The notes under the pieces: model-generated
Databases searched by the model: none
Told to the model about the DNA's origin: nothing
Seen by the model: only the letters and a program-made list of their open reading frames with translations
Shown here: positions 56,193 to 64,000 of the stretch, piece after piece
Layout of the letters: each line of letters starts with the position of its first letter
Numbering within the stretch: position 1 is the first letter of the stretch
Position numbers and translations under genes: made by a program
Assembly (NCBI GenBank): GCA_045648045.1
Contig: JAZRNE010000037.1
Span: 4,721 to 68,720 of the forward strand
DNA length: 64,000 bases
From: Christensenellaceae bacterium
Lineage (GTDB): Bacteria; Bacillota; Clostridia; Christensenellales; Borkfalkiaceae
Direction: 5' to 3'

Positions 56193-57062
56193 TTATCTAT
56201 ACATTTTTAGTTTATCTGAAACGATTTGCACGTCAAATTGAACGTCGTCGTAAAGTTCGCCGTCAACTTCAATCGTAAAAGGTTTTTCGCATTCAATCGA
56301 AATGCTTTCGCAAGGAATTTGAGACGCTTGCTTTAAGGTTAAAACTTTACCGCTTACTAGTTTAAGTAAAGCGTTAACGATTTTAAGCCCCTTGATCTCT
56401 TTAACTGCAACGAAGTTTAATTTTTTATCGGTGGGGTCCGCGATGGGGCAGATAGGAAGACCACCGCCAAATCTACTGCCGTTTGCGATTGCCGCAATAA
56501 AGGATGAGTGGCTAACCGTTTGTCCGTTCACTTTTGCAGTAAACTTAATAAAATTAATATTAAAAAGCGTTTTAATTAAACACCAAGTATACCCAAACTT
56601 ATTTTTTCTTTTAAGTTTGCTGTATGCAACTAAAACGTCAACGTCAATGCCCGCGCCGATAACGTTAATACCGCGCACGGTAGGCAGTTGCATAAAGTCG
56701 GTATATTTAGGCGTTCCGTCTATAATAAGGTCAATGGCATTAATAGGATTTTTTGGCAATCCTATTGCGCTAGCAAAGTCGTTACCCGTACCGCAAGGTA
56801 TGAGCCCAAGGCTAACGTTTTCAAAATTATCGAAGCCGTTGATTACTTCGTGCAAAGTTCCGTCGCCACCCAAAACCACGATTTTTTTCGCACCGTCGTC
56901 AATTAACTGTTTGGTTAACTTGGTGGCGTGCCCTTTGTATTCGGTAGCGTGAACAAAGTATTCAATATTTCTTTCTTTAAGCCTAGTTTCAACGGCGGAT
57001 AAAGCCTTTTGAACTTTTTTTCCGCGTTTACCGCCGGCTGTTTTGTTTACGATAACGTGCAA
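56193..57062 (-). CDS. Diacylglycerol kinase-family lipid kinase (YegS/BmrU type)
   Basis: NK.AGG..G, GGDGT..EV.NG, P.GTGNDF motifs. TTG start. Confidence 0.88.
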   Translation of the reverse strand: MHVIVNKTAGGKRGKKVQKALSAVETRLKERNIEYFVHATEYKGHATKLTKQLIDDGAKKIVVLGGDGTLHEVINGFDNFENVSLGLIPCGTGNDFASAIGLPKNPINAIDLIIDGTPKYTDFMQLPTVRGINVIGAGIDVDVLVAYSKLKRKNKFGYTWCLIKTLFNINFIKFTAKVNGQTVSHSSFIAAIANGSRFGGGLPICPIADPTDKKLNFVAVKEIKGLKIVNALLKLVSGKVLTLKQASQIPCESISIECEKPFTIEVDGELYDDVQFDVQIVSDKLKMYR

Positions 57063-57146
57063 AATAGTTTCCCCAAAAATAATATATTTAAATTTTACTA
57101 CAAAATCAACAAAATTTCAACTTTTTGTGATATAATAATTTTCAAT

Positions 57147-58505
57147 ATGATAAATTTTTTACCAAAAAGCATAATTGGATTAGCAAAAAAACTTCCCCGC
57201 CCGTTATACGCGGTGGGTGGCGTAGTGCGCAATTTTTTAATTGACGGCAGTATTTCGCAAGATATTGACTTGGGTGCGGCTATTTTGCCAAGCGAGTTAG
57301 CGCCTTATCTTAAAGAGTGTAATTTTGAAATTCTTGCAGAGTACAAGCGCACGGGTACTTTGGTGTTTTCCGACGGCGAACGCAAGTATGAATATACTGC
57401 GTTTAGAAAAGAAAGTTATCTTGGTGGGGAGCACGTTCCTGCGAACACGCAGTTTACCGAAAATCTTGAAGAAGATTCTTTGCGTAGGGACTTTAAGTGC
57501 AACGCCGTGTATTACGATTTGAAAAATCAAAAATACGAAGACCCGCTTGACGGAATAAACGATATAAGGAATAAAGTAATCGACACGGTTACGACGCCTT
57601 ATAAAGTGTTTTCAAACGACGGGTTAAGGCTAATGCGCCTTGCTCGATTTGCAGGCGAACTTAATTTTACCCCTACTAGCGACGTGTTGAGCGCCGCTAC
57701 GACGCACGCAAAGAACGTTACTGAAATTTCACCCGAGCGTATTTACGCTGAACTTATTAGGATTTTAAGTTCGGACCAAAAATATTCGTTTTCCGACCCT
57801 CGCGGGCATTACGTTGGGCTCAAAATACTCGACGCTACGCGGGTGTTGGACTATATTTTCCCTGAACTTGCGGAAGGTAGGGGAATGGCTCAGCGTGCTG
57901 ACTTTCATCGTTATGACGTTTTGGAACACAGTTTAAGAACTTTGCGCCACGCAGACCCACAAATAAGGCTAGCGGCACTTTTGCACGACGTTGCAAAGCC
58001 TTTCTGCTTTAAGCGAGACGGGTATTATTATCATCATTTTGAAGAAGGCGAAGTGCTTGCTGAAAAGGTGCTTTTGCGCTTAAAGGCTGACAAGGAAACT
58101 ATAAAAGAAGTTAAGTTTTTAGTACGCGAACACATGGTTGATTTAGATTGCAGTATGAAAGAAAGTAGCGTTCGCAAATTTATAGTTAAAAATCAAGAAA
58201 GGCTTGATAAACTTTTAATGGTAAAACAAGCGGATTTCCGTGCTAGTTTAGAAACGCACGACGTTGCGCCAACGCTTATTAAGTGGGGTAGAATTATCAA
58301 CAAAATGAAAGAGGACGGCACGCCGTTTACGCTAAAAGAGTTGAATATTACCGCAAGCGAACTTATCGAGTTAGGTTTCCGCGATAAAGATATAGGGAAA
58401 GAACTTAAAAAGTTGTGGGACGGTGCAATTTTGCACCCCGAAACGAATGAAAAAGGCACCTTGCTTGACTTGGCGGAAAAAGACGCTAAAAAATTGAAAG
58501 ATTGA
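57147..58505 (+). CDS. cca: CCA-adding tRNA nucleotidyltransferase (PolyA_pol head + HD domain)
   Basis: YAVGG.VRN.L, DID, RRDF..NA and HD motif (LLHDVAKP). Start chosen at Met47 of the track ORF, because the upstream part overlaps the divergent gene. Confidence 0.85.
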   Translation: MINFLPKSIIGLAKKLPRPLYAVGGVVRNFLIDGSISQDIDLGAAILPSELAPYLKECNFEILAEYKRTGTLVFSDGERKYEYTAFRKESYLGGEHVPANTQFTENLEEDSLRRDFKCNAVYYDLKNQKYEDPLDGINDIRNKVIDTVTTPYKVFSNDGLRLMRLARFAGELNFTPTSDVLSAATTHAKNVTEISPERIYAELIRILSSDQKYSFSDPRGHYVGLKILDATRVLDYIFPELAEGRGMAQRADFHRYDVLEHSLRTLRHADPQIRLAALLHDVAKPFCFKRDGYYYHHFEEGEVLAEKVLLRLKADKETIKEVKFLVREHMVDLDCSMKESSVRKFIVKNQERLDKLLMVKQADFRASLETHDVAPTLIKWGRIINKMKEDGTPFTLKELNITASELIELGFRDKDIGKELKKLWDGAILHPETNEKGTLLDLAEKDAKKLKD

Positions 58506-58552
58506 AAGTGTGAAGAAGAATGAATTGACGTAAATAAAAATTTAATTTTTTA

Positions 58553-58591
58553 AAACTACCTGCCGTGTTAACCATTGACAGGTAGTTTTTT
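58553..58591 (+). terminator. Terminator after cca
   Basis: ctacctg / caggtag stem (16-nt loop) followed by tttttt. It overlaps the next promoter. Confidence 0.55.
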
Positions 58592-58603
58592 ATGTGTTAT
58601 AAT
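58575..58603 (+). promoter_or_regulatory. Consensus sigma-A promoter of the 725-aa repeat protein gene
   Basis: TTGACA, 17 nt, TATAAT. Confidence 0.65.
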
Positions 58604-58667
58604 ACTATGTACACTAATATTATTAATATATATAAAACCAAGAAGTCAAGATTTTGGAGAGCTATAA

Positions 58668-60845
58668 ATGGGTGTATTAAAGAGAATCGAAAGAAGGAAA
58701 AAGAGCAAGATTAAAAAAGCGCTCAAAAGTTACCGCGGAAGATTTTGGAAGAACGTTGCTATTTTTATGGCAGGCGTATTTTCTAGCGGTATTATTTTTG
58801 TAGGTATAGGCGCGCTTGTTCTAAAATTCGTCAAAATATCAAAAATCGCAGGAGACAATACGAACAAAATTGTTTCCGAACAACTTTCAGACAAGAGTAT
58901 TCTTGACTTGCTCTTGGGCATAAAAGAATACACGACTGACGACTTGGTTGCAGTCAATACTCTTATTGACGCTATCCAAAACGCGGAAATTTCAGGCAAG
59001 AAACTCAGTCAATTTATCACTATCGATACTAATAAACTTGCAGGCGTAAAGATTTTGGAACTCGGTTCAAAGTTTAAGGATGCTATTACGGTTACCGCAA
59101 CGCTTGAAAGCACGGTTGGTAACGAAATGCTAGATAGCGTTGGGCTCGGCAAAATTAGCGCGTTTAAGGAATTTGAACCCGTTATGAAAGAAGACGGAGA
59201 AACGCAAGCGAAAGTGTCTGACGTTGATAATACGGCGGAAGGCTTTAAGCCAAAACTTTATTACTATAAAGGCGAAGGGGACGTTTTTTTAAGAGCGTAC
59301 AATAACGATAATTCGCTAGCGGAAGGCGTTACGAATGATACCGAACTTTATTATGCGGCAATAACGAAAGTTCCCGTAACGGATGCGGTAACCTTAATCG
59401 GCGATACTGTTGGGCGTATTAAGGCAAGCGATTTATTGAGTTCTCTTAACGTTAGCACGGATGGCATTATCGGTAAAATAATAGGCGATAAAACGATAAC
59501 CGAACTTGGCGAAATTGATACTGATGCGCTATTGTTGAAAGACGTGTTTGCCGATACTTATCCCGAAGGTTACGTATATATTGACGAAGAAGGCACGGAA
59601 GTTACGGTAACAAAAGAAAATGCAAGCATGATTGCAGACGTGTTGATTGATACGAAAGAATGGGAAGAAAGCCAAAAAGATTTATCAGTTACCGACAAAT
59701 GGAACCTTTTAACTGTGAAAGACGTTATGGGGTTAAACAGTTTTAATAACGTTAAACTTGCATCCGTTATGACAACAACTTATCCTACCGGCTATATGAA
59801 AGGCGGCGAAGAACAAACGGGCAGTCTTATAGCCGATATATTGATTGATTCAAAAACTTGGGAAGGTGAAAAAGCAAGTTGGTCAATTAATGATAAATGG
59901 GATAGTTTAACCGTAAACGATATTTCAGGTATAAATTCAAGCAACATTAAACTGAAAACTGTTTTAAGCACGACTTATCCTACGGGCTATATGAAAGACG
60001 GGGAAGAACAAACGGGCAGTCTTATAGCCGACATATTGATTGATTCAAAAACTTGGAATGAAACCGAACATCCAGATATAAATTCTAAATGGGATAGTTT
60101 AACCGTAAACGATATTTCAGGTATAAGCGCGGAAACTATTAAACTTAAAACTGTTTTAACGGAAACTTATCCTACGGATTACGTTAAAAAGGACGGAACT
60201 ACTGTTTCAAGTGGCAGTATGATTGCAAACGTTTTGATAGAATCAAAAACTTTTGACTCAAGTCTTGACACTATAAATAAGAAATGGGACAGTTTGACCG
60301 TTAACGATATTTCAAGTATAGAATTTACAAACGTTAAACTTACAACTTTGGGTATTAATGGTAGCGGAAATAAGATACTTGAAACCTTGTTGAGTGACGA
60401 TACCGTTACAGTTTCTAATATAGGCACAAAAATCAACGACCTTTCACTTTACGATATTTACGGAAAAGATATTTTTGTAAAATTAGAAAGTGGTGCATCC
60501 GTGCCTAGCGGTAAGCGTGGTTACAAGTTGGAAGGAAACACGTTTACTTACGTTGGAAATGGGGTTGATGCAACGCACTATTTAGATAGCGCAAATGCAG
60601 GTATTTGGTTATTGCTTTGCTATAATCCTGTTGGCGATGGAAGACCTACTGGGTACACGATTGATTCGGGCGCTAATTTCTCAAGCATGTCTAGTGGTAC
60701 TACAATTTCTAATAAATTTACGAGTGCAAAAATCGGTCAACTCGTTGACGCTGGTTTGTTGGCTGAAACAACAAGTTCTAAACTCTACGATTATACTTTG
60801 GCAGGCGTAATGGGTGTTGCGGCAGGCGCTCTTGGTACGACCTAA
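58668..60845 (+). CDS. Large N-terminally anchored surface protein with four about 64-aa repeats, function unknown
   Basis: Basic N-terminus plus one TM. Repeats are TYPTGYMK.GEEQTGSLIADILIDSKTW....KWDSLTVNDISGI...IKLKTVL. Confidence 0.7.
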   Translation: MGVLKRIERRKKSKIKKALKSYRGRFWKNVAIFMAGVFSSGIIFVGIGALVLKFVKISKIAGDNTNKIVSEQLSDKSILDLLLGIKEYTTDDLVAVNTLIDAIQNAEISGKKLSQFITIDTNKLAGVKILELGSKFKDAITVTATLESTVGNEMLDSVGLGKISAFKEFEPVMKEDGETQAKVSDVDNTAEGFKPKLYYYKGEGDVFLRAYNNDNSLAEGVTNDTELYYAAITKVPVTDAVTLIGDTVGRIKASDLLSSLNVSTDGIIGKIIGDKTITELGEIDTDALLLKDVFADTYPEGYVYIDEEGTEVTVTKENASMIADVLIDTKEWEESQKDLSVTDKWNLLTVKDVMGLNSFNNVKLASVMTTTYPTGYMKGGEEQTGSLIADILIDSKTWEGEKASWSINDKWDSLTVNDISGINSSNIKLKTVLSTTYPTGYMKDGEEQTGSLIADILIDSKTWNETEHPDINSKWDSLTVNDISGISAETIKLKTVLTETYPTDYVKKDGTTVSSGSMIANVLIESKTFDSSLDTINKKWDSLTVNDISSIEFTNVKLTTLGINGSGNKILETLLSDDTVTVSNIGTKINDLSLYDIYGKDIFVKLESGASVPSGKRGYKLEGNTFTYVGNGVDATHYLDSANAGIWLLLCYNPVGDGRPTGYTIDSGANFSSMSSGTTISNKFTSAKIGQLVDAGLLAETTSSKLYDYTLAGVMGVAAGALGTT
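59556..60355 (+). repeat. Intragenic tandem repeats, about 192-222-nt period, 4 copies (copies 2 and 3 near identical)
   Basis: acttatcc(t/c).. anchors at about 59556, 59778, 59973 and 60165. Confidence 0.8.
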
Positions 60846-60875
60846 CCCTTAAAAGTAAAATCTATTAAAAAATAA

Positions 60876-60904
60876 TTGACAAAATTTTGAATTTTTGTTA
60901 TCAT
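60876..60904 (+). promoter_or_regulatory. Sigma-A promoter of rpsF-ssb-rpsR
   Basis: TTGACA, 17 nt, TATCAT. Confidence 0.6.
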
Positions 60905-60943
60905 ATCGGTAATTGCGTTTATATAAACGTAAAAATAAACCTT

Positions 60944-60963
60944 GCTTACCGAAAGTGGTAAGC
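60944..60963 (+). promoter_or_regulatory. Hairpin in the rpsF 5' UTR (candidate S6:S18 autoregulatory leader)
   Basis: gcttacc-gaaagt-ggtaagc followed by cgaataagtccaggagg (SD). Confidence 0.35.
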
Positions 60964-60988
60964 CGAATAAGTCCAGGAGGTAAAAATT

Positions 60989-61270
60989 ATGACGAAATAC
61001 GAGATGCTTTATATCCTTGATAATGCGCTCACAGACGAAGTGAAAGACGGGATTATTAAGAAAATCGAAGATTTGGTTAGCAAAAACGGTGGTGTTATTG
61101 AAAAGACCGACCGTTGGGGCGTTAAGAAATTGCAATACCCCATCAACTACAAGTCTGAAGGTTTCTACGTTTTGATGACTTTCGAAGCAGAAAAAGCGTT
61201 TGTTGAAGAATTGAAGCGTGTTATCGGTATAACCGACGGTATCATCAGAAGATTGATTACCAAAATCTAG
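60989..61270 (+). CDS. rpsF: 30S ribosomal protein S6
   Basis: YE..YIL......E........I...V...GG.I......WG.K.LAY.I pattern and rpsF-ssb-rpsR synteny. Confidence 0.95.
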   Translation: MTKYEMLYILDNALTDEVKDGIIKKIEDLVSKNGGVIEKTDRWGVKKLQYPINYKSEGFYVLMTFEAEKAFVEELKRVIGITDGIIRRLITKI

Positions 61271-61284
61271 AGAGGAAGAAATTT

Positions 61285-61695
61285 ATGAACAAAGTTATCT
61301 TAATCGGAAATTTAACCCGTGACCCAGAACTTACCGAAACCCCTAGTGGCGTTGCAGTATGTAGATTTGCTATTGCCGTTTCTCGTGATTATGCGAATTC
61401 TGACGGCACGCGCGAAACTGATTTTTTCAATATTACCGTTTGGCGTGGTAGAGCAGAAACTTGCGGTAAATATTTGAAAAAAGGTAACAAAGTTGCAGTT
61501 GTCGGCAGTTTACAAACCCGTTCTTATGAAGATAAAGACGGTATTAAGAGAAACGTTACCGATATCGTTGCAAACGAAGTGGAATTCCTTACCCCAAAGA
61601 ATGCGCAATCTGATGATATGGATATGCCCGTTGCTTCGGTTAAGAGAGACCGTCCACAGTTGGAAGAGGTTGACGATAACCAACTTCCGTTCTAA
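61285..61695 (+). CDS. ssb: Single-stranded DNA-binding protein
   Basis: [18 protein letters not shown]-fold and an acidic C-terminal tail ending DD.LPF. Confidence 0.95.
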   Translation: MNKVILIGNLTRDPELTETPSGVAVCRFAIAVSRDYANSDGTRETDFFNITVWRGRAETCGKYLKKGNKVAVVGSLQTRSYEDKDGIKRNVTDIVANEVEFLTPKNAQSDDMDMPVASVKRDRPQLEEVDDNQLPF

Positions 61696-61736
61696 TTTGG
61701 GTGAATATACCCGATAAATTATTAAGGAGATTAAAC

Positions 61737-62030
61737 ATGGAAGAAATGACCAACGTAACCACAGCGCCTGCTACTGAAAGTGCGGCTGCGCCTAAGGAAG
61801 CGAAAAAGTTTGTTAAAAGAATTCCCCGCAAAAAAGTTTGTGCTTTCTGTCAAAATAAAGTTGATGCTATTGATTACAAGGATATCAACACTTTGAAGAA
61901 GTACATTACCGAAGGCGGTAAAATTCTTCCCCGCCGTATGACGGGCGTTTGCGCAAAACACCAAAGAGTTTTGGCTGTTGCTATTAAGCGCGCAAGATTG
62001 GTTGACTTGTTGCCTTTCAAAGGTGAATAA
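61737..62030 (+). CDS. rpsR: 30S ribosomal protein S18 (with an about 20-aa N-terminal extension)
   Basis: KKVC.FC......IDYKD...LKKYI.E.GKILPRR.TG.CAKHQR.L..AIKRAR. ATG after aaggag. Confidence 0.93.
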   Translation: MEEMTNVTTAPATESAAAPKEAKKFVKRIPRKKVCAFCQNKVDAIDYKDINTLKKYITEGGKILPRRMTGVCAKHQRVLAVAIKRARLVDLLPFKGE

Positions 62031-62046
62031 TTCACAAAGCAAAATA

Positions 62047-62078
62047 AAATCCCTGCTAGTCAGGGATTTTTTGTTTTT
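62047..62078 (+). terminator. Rho-independent terminator after rpsR
   Basis: aaatccctg / cagggattt stem followed by tttgttttt. Confidence 0.85.
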
Positions 62079-62102
62079 ATAGTATTGTATTCTACACAAA
62101 AT

Positions 62103-62130
62103 AAAACGGCGGATAACCGCCGTTTTTCTT
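62103..62130. terminator. Bidirectional terminator (serves the minus-strand lipoprotein gene)
   Basis: aaaacggcgg / ccgccgtttt stem with loop ataa. Confidence 0.8.
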
Positions 62131-62142
62131 TTTGAAACATTA

Positions 62143-63177
62143 TTAATAAGTTGCACTAGTTAGCGTGTAAACTAAAGCGCCCATATTATAAAACATTCCG
62201 TAAGTGGTAATCGGCGCTGCGTATTCAATCAAAAGCGCTTTGTTGGGGATTTCATTTACGGGGCTACTTTTTTGAATAAGCGCGTAATGTGCTAAACCCG
62301 TGTTGTAGTTCGCAGATAACTTAAAGTTTACGTTTTGCACGGGGATTGACGCGTTAACGCCGTTAATCGCAGTTGATTTTGAAGTGTCCGTACTATTCGT
62401 AAAAGTTAGCGTTTGTGGTTTTTCATAAGCGGGGGATACTACGGGGATTGATACCGTTTGTTCGGTCGTAATATTCAATGAGCGGATTGCAAAAAGTAAT
62501 TGAGTGTTGTCTATCACGCACTTAAAATCATAATCAGCGTCGTTCGTTTTGGTTTGGTCGCCACTAGTAATAGTGGTGTGATATTCGTCGTTATAGTAAG
62601 TCGTTTGGTAAGAATACTCGTTTAATTCAACGTTTACTTTGTCGCTTAAAACTACTGCGGTATACTTTTGTGCACCCTTTGCATATATAGGCGCAAAAGA
62701 ATGCCCCCTAATTAAAAACCAAACTTCGCTATTAGCAAAAGTATCGTAACTAACCGTGCCGTCGCCGTTTTCAACGTAACCTTCGGCAAGCGTGCCGTCA
62801 ACTTTATAAGTTGCTTTTACGTTGAGTTCAGTTTTGTAGTAATAAACTTTATCAGTAATTTTCGTGCTAAATTCAGTTTCAACGCCTTCGGGTAAAGACG
62901 TTAACGAGCCGACTTTGAAAGTTGTTTTGAACGTGCCGTTATATGAATAAGCAAGTTCGTAATCGTCTAATAGCGTATCTTTTTTCAAAGAATCGTAAGA
63001 GTTTTCGTTTTTTACCGTATATTCAAGAACTTCCGTGTAATCGGTCGAAGCGTCGTTAGAACTGCCAAAAGCGTTGTTGTTAAAAACTAGCGTGTTTTGT
63101 TTATTACAACCGCTTGCCATTAACGCGATTGAAAGTGCCATCAAAAGGGCAAAAAGGCGTATTGAAAATTTTTTCAT
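62143..63177 (-). CDS. Hypothetical lipoprotein
   Basis: Signal peptide with lipobox LMASGC. Thr/Tyr/Asn-rich, beta-type sequence. ATG 6 nt after ggag. Confidence 0.65.
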   Translation of the reverse strand: MKKFSIRLFALLMALSIALMASGCNKQNTLVFNNNAFGSSNDASTDYTEVLEYTVKNENSYDSLKKDTLLDDYELAYSYNGTFKTTFKVGSLTSLPEGVETEFSTKITDKVYYYKTELNVKATYKVDGTLAEGYVENGDGTVSYDTFANSEVWFLIRGHSFAPIYAKGAQKYTAVVLSDKVNVELNEYSYQTTYYNDEYHTTITSGDQTKTNDADYDFKCVIDNTQLLFAIRSLNITTEQTVSIPVVSPAYEKPQTLTFTNSTDTSKSTAINGVNASIPVQNVNFKLSANYNTGLAHYALIQKSSPVNEIPNKALLIEYAAPITTYGMFYNMGALVYTLTSATY

Positions 63178-63296
63178 ATAGGTCTCCGTCAAATATTCTT
63201 ATAATATAATAACACAAATTAAAAAAAATGTAAACTTAATCAGAAAAAACTTTAAAAGATTATTAAAAGTCGCCGTATTTATGATACAATATAGGT

Positions 63297-64000
63297 ATGT
63301 GTAAATTAATTTTAACTCATTCGTATAGCGATTTGTTTTATGCGCTAACCGAGCAACTTGAAAAACTAAATAACGTGCCCGAACAGAAAAACCTTATTTT
63401 TTGCGAAGCCAAGGTTTCGCTTATGGTTGAACGCTTTATTTGCGCGCAGTTTAAGGGTAGTTTTAATACCGACGTGTTTTCTTTCGGCAAATTTTTGCGC
63501 ACTAAAAAAACTATCGATAATCTTCTTTCAAAAGAAGGCTCGGCAATGGTTATTAAGCGCATACTTTCAAGCGTTCAGTTAAAGTGCTTTAAGCAAAGCA
63601 AGCACAATCTTGCGTCAACCGTTTACGACCTTATTATACAATTAAAGAGCGCAAAAATTTCCCCTGACGACGTTTTGAGAGCGACGCAAAATACCAAGGG
63701 TACTTTAAAAAATAAACTTTTAGACCTTGCGCTTATCTACGCTCAATATGAAGAATATATAGTAAGCAACGGCTTTGAAGACCAAAGTTCAATGCTTTCT
63801 TACTTGCCCGAAGTAATATATAGTTCAAAAGAAATTGAAAACTGTAACGTATTCTTGTTTGGTTACGGTAGTTTTACCGCGCAAATGCGTGCAGGTGTGT
63901 CTGCGCTTTTAGAAAAGGCAAAATCCGTTACCGCAATTTTAGTTGAAGGACAAAACGAACGCCTTTACGTTAACGAAACGCCTAACGTTATTCGTGCTTT
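63297..64000 (+). CDS. addB: Helicase-nuclease AddAB/RexAB subunit B, N-terminal part (runs off the window)
   Basis: Open frame from ATG 63297 to the window end; it is absent from the track because it has no stop. Matches to AddB/RexB N-termini include VFSFGKFL, LLDLALIYAQYEEY, EDQSSML and FLFGYGSFTAQ. No Walker A was seen in the first 20 aa. Confidence 0.65.
   Translation, partial: MCKLILTHSYSDLFYALTEQLEKLNNVPEQKNLIFCEAKVSLMVERFICAQFKGSFNTDVFSFGKFLRTKKTIDNLLSKEGSAMVIKRILSSVQLKCFKQSKHNLASTVYDLIIQLKSAKISPDDVLRATQNTKGTLKNKLLDLALIYAQYEEYIVSNGFEDQSSMLSYLPEVIYSSKEIENCNVFLFGYGSFTAQMRAGVSALLEKAKSVTAILVEGQNERLYVNETPNVIRA

Noticed and set aside
57009-57146. N-terminal 46 codons of track ORF 57009..58505
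   Set aside because: It overlaps the start of the divergent lipid kinase gene and the promoter region. The CCA-enzyme homology begins at Met 57147.

Overview
The window is about 64 kb of chromosome from a low-GC, endospore-forming Firmicute, probably Clostridia-like. This assignment rests on sigG-ylmC, spoIIID, CIRCE-groESL, lon-engB and rpsF-ssb-rpsR synteny. Most of it is core metabolism and housekeeping.

Gene content in order:
- a sporulation sigma factor (5' truncated) plus ylmC
- an EF-G paralogue, a PfkB kinase and a YihY membrane protein
- a complete aromatic supraoperon (aroF-tyrA-aroB-aroA-aroC-pheA-aroE::aroK-aroQ)
- an XRE regulator and a BspA-type LRR lipoprotein
- a complete histidine operon led by a YerC/TrpR-like gene (yerC-hisZGDCBHAF-hisIE plus a PHP histidinol phosphatase and a PAP2 phosphatase)
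- spoIIID
- an ABC binding protein and permease with no ATPase, then apbE
- an HprK-like P-loop protein, a PqqD-like protein and a DUF1846 protein in one operon
- an acidic-repeat membrane protein, then groESL
- fba, an M29 aminopeptidase, gap and a two-subunit class I fumarase
- arsR-uvrC-cof-lon-engB
- a Cys-rich protein of unknown function, an esterase and a patatin
- tRNA-Thr(CGU)
- two YfcC transporters paired with an acyltransferase and an M20 peptidase
- glnA, a DAG-kinase-like lipid kinase and cca
- a 725-aa repeat protein
- rpsF-ssb-rpsR, a lipoprotein and the 5' part of addB

I saw no CRISPR array, transposase, integrase, phage genes or recognisable defence genes. I cannot demonstrate a complete novel multi-gene system.

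The items most worth follow-up are:
1. a Tyr/Phe-rich leader ORF plus terminator upstream of the shikimate operon, a candidate ribosome-mediated attenuator
2. the orphan HprK-like/PqqD/DUF1846 operon
3. two unclassified structured leaders or ncRNAs (24.8 kb and 34.1 kb)
4. duplicated tRNA-Thr 3'-end segments that look like att-site scars

Coordinates of non-ORF features were counted by hand and may be off by 1-2 nt.
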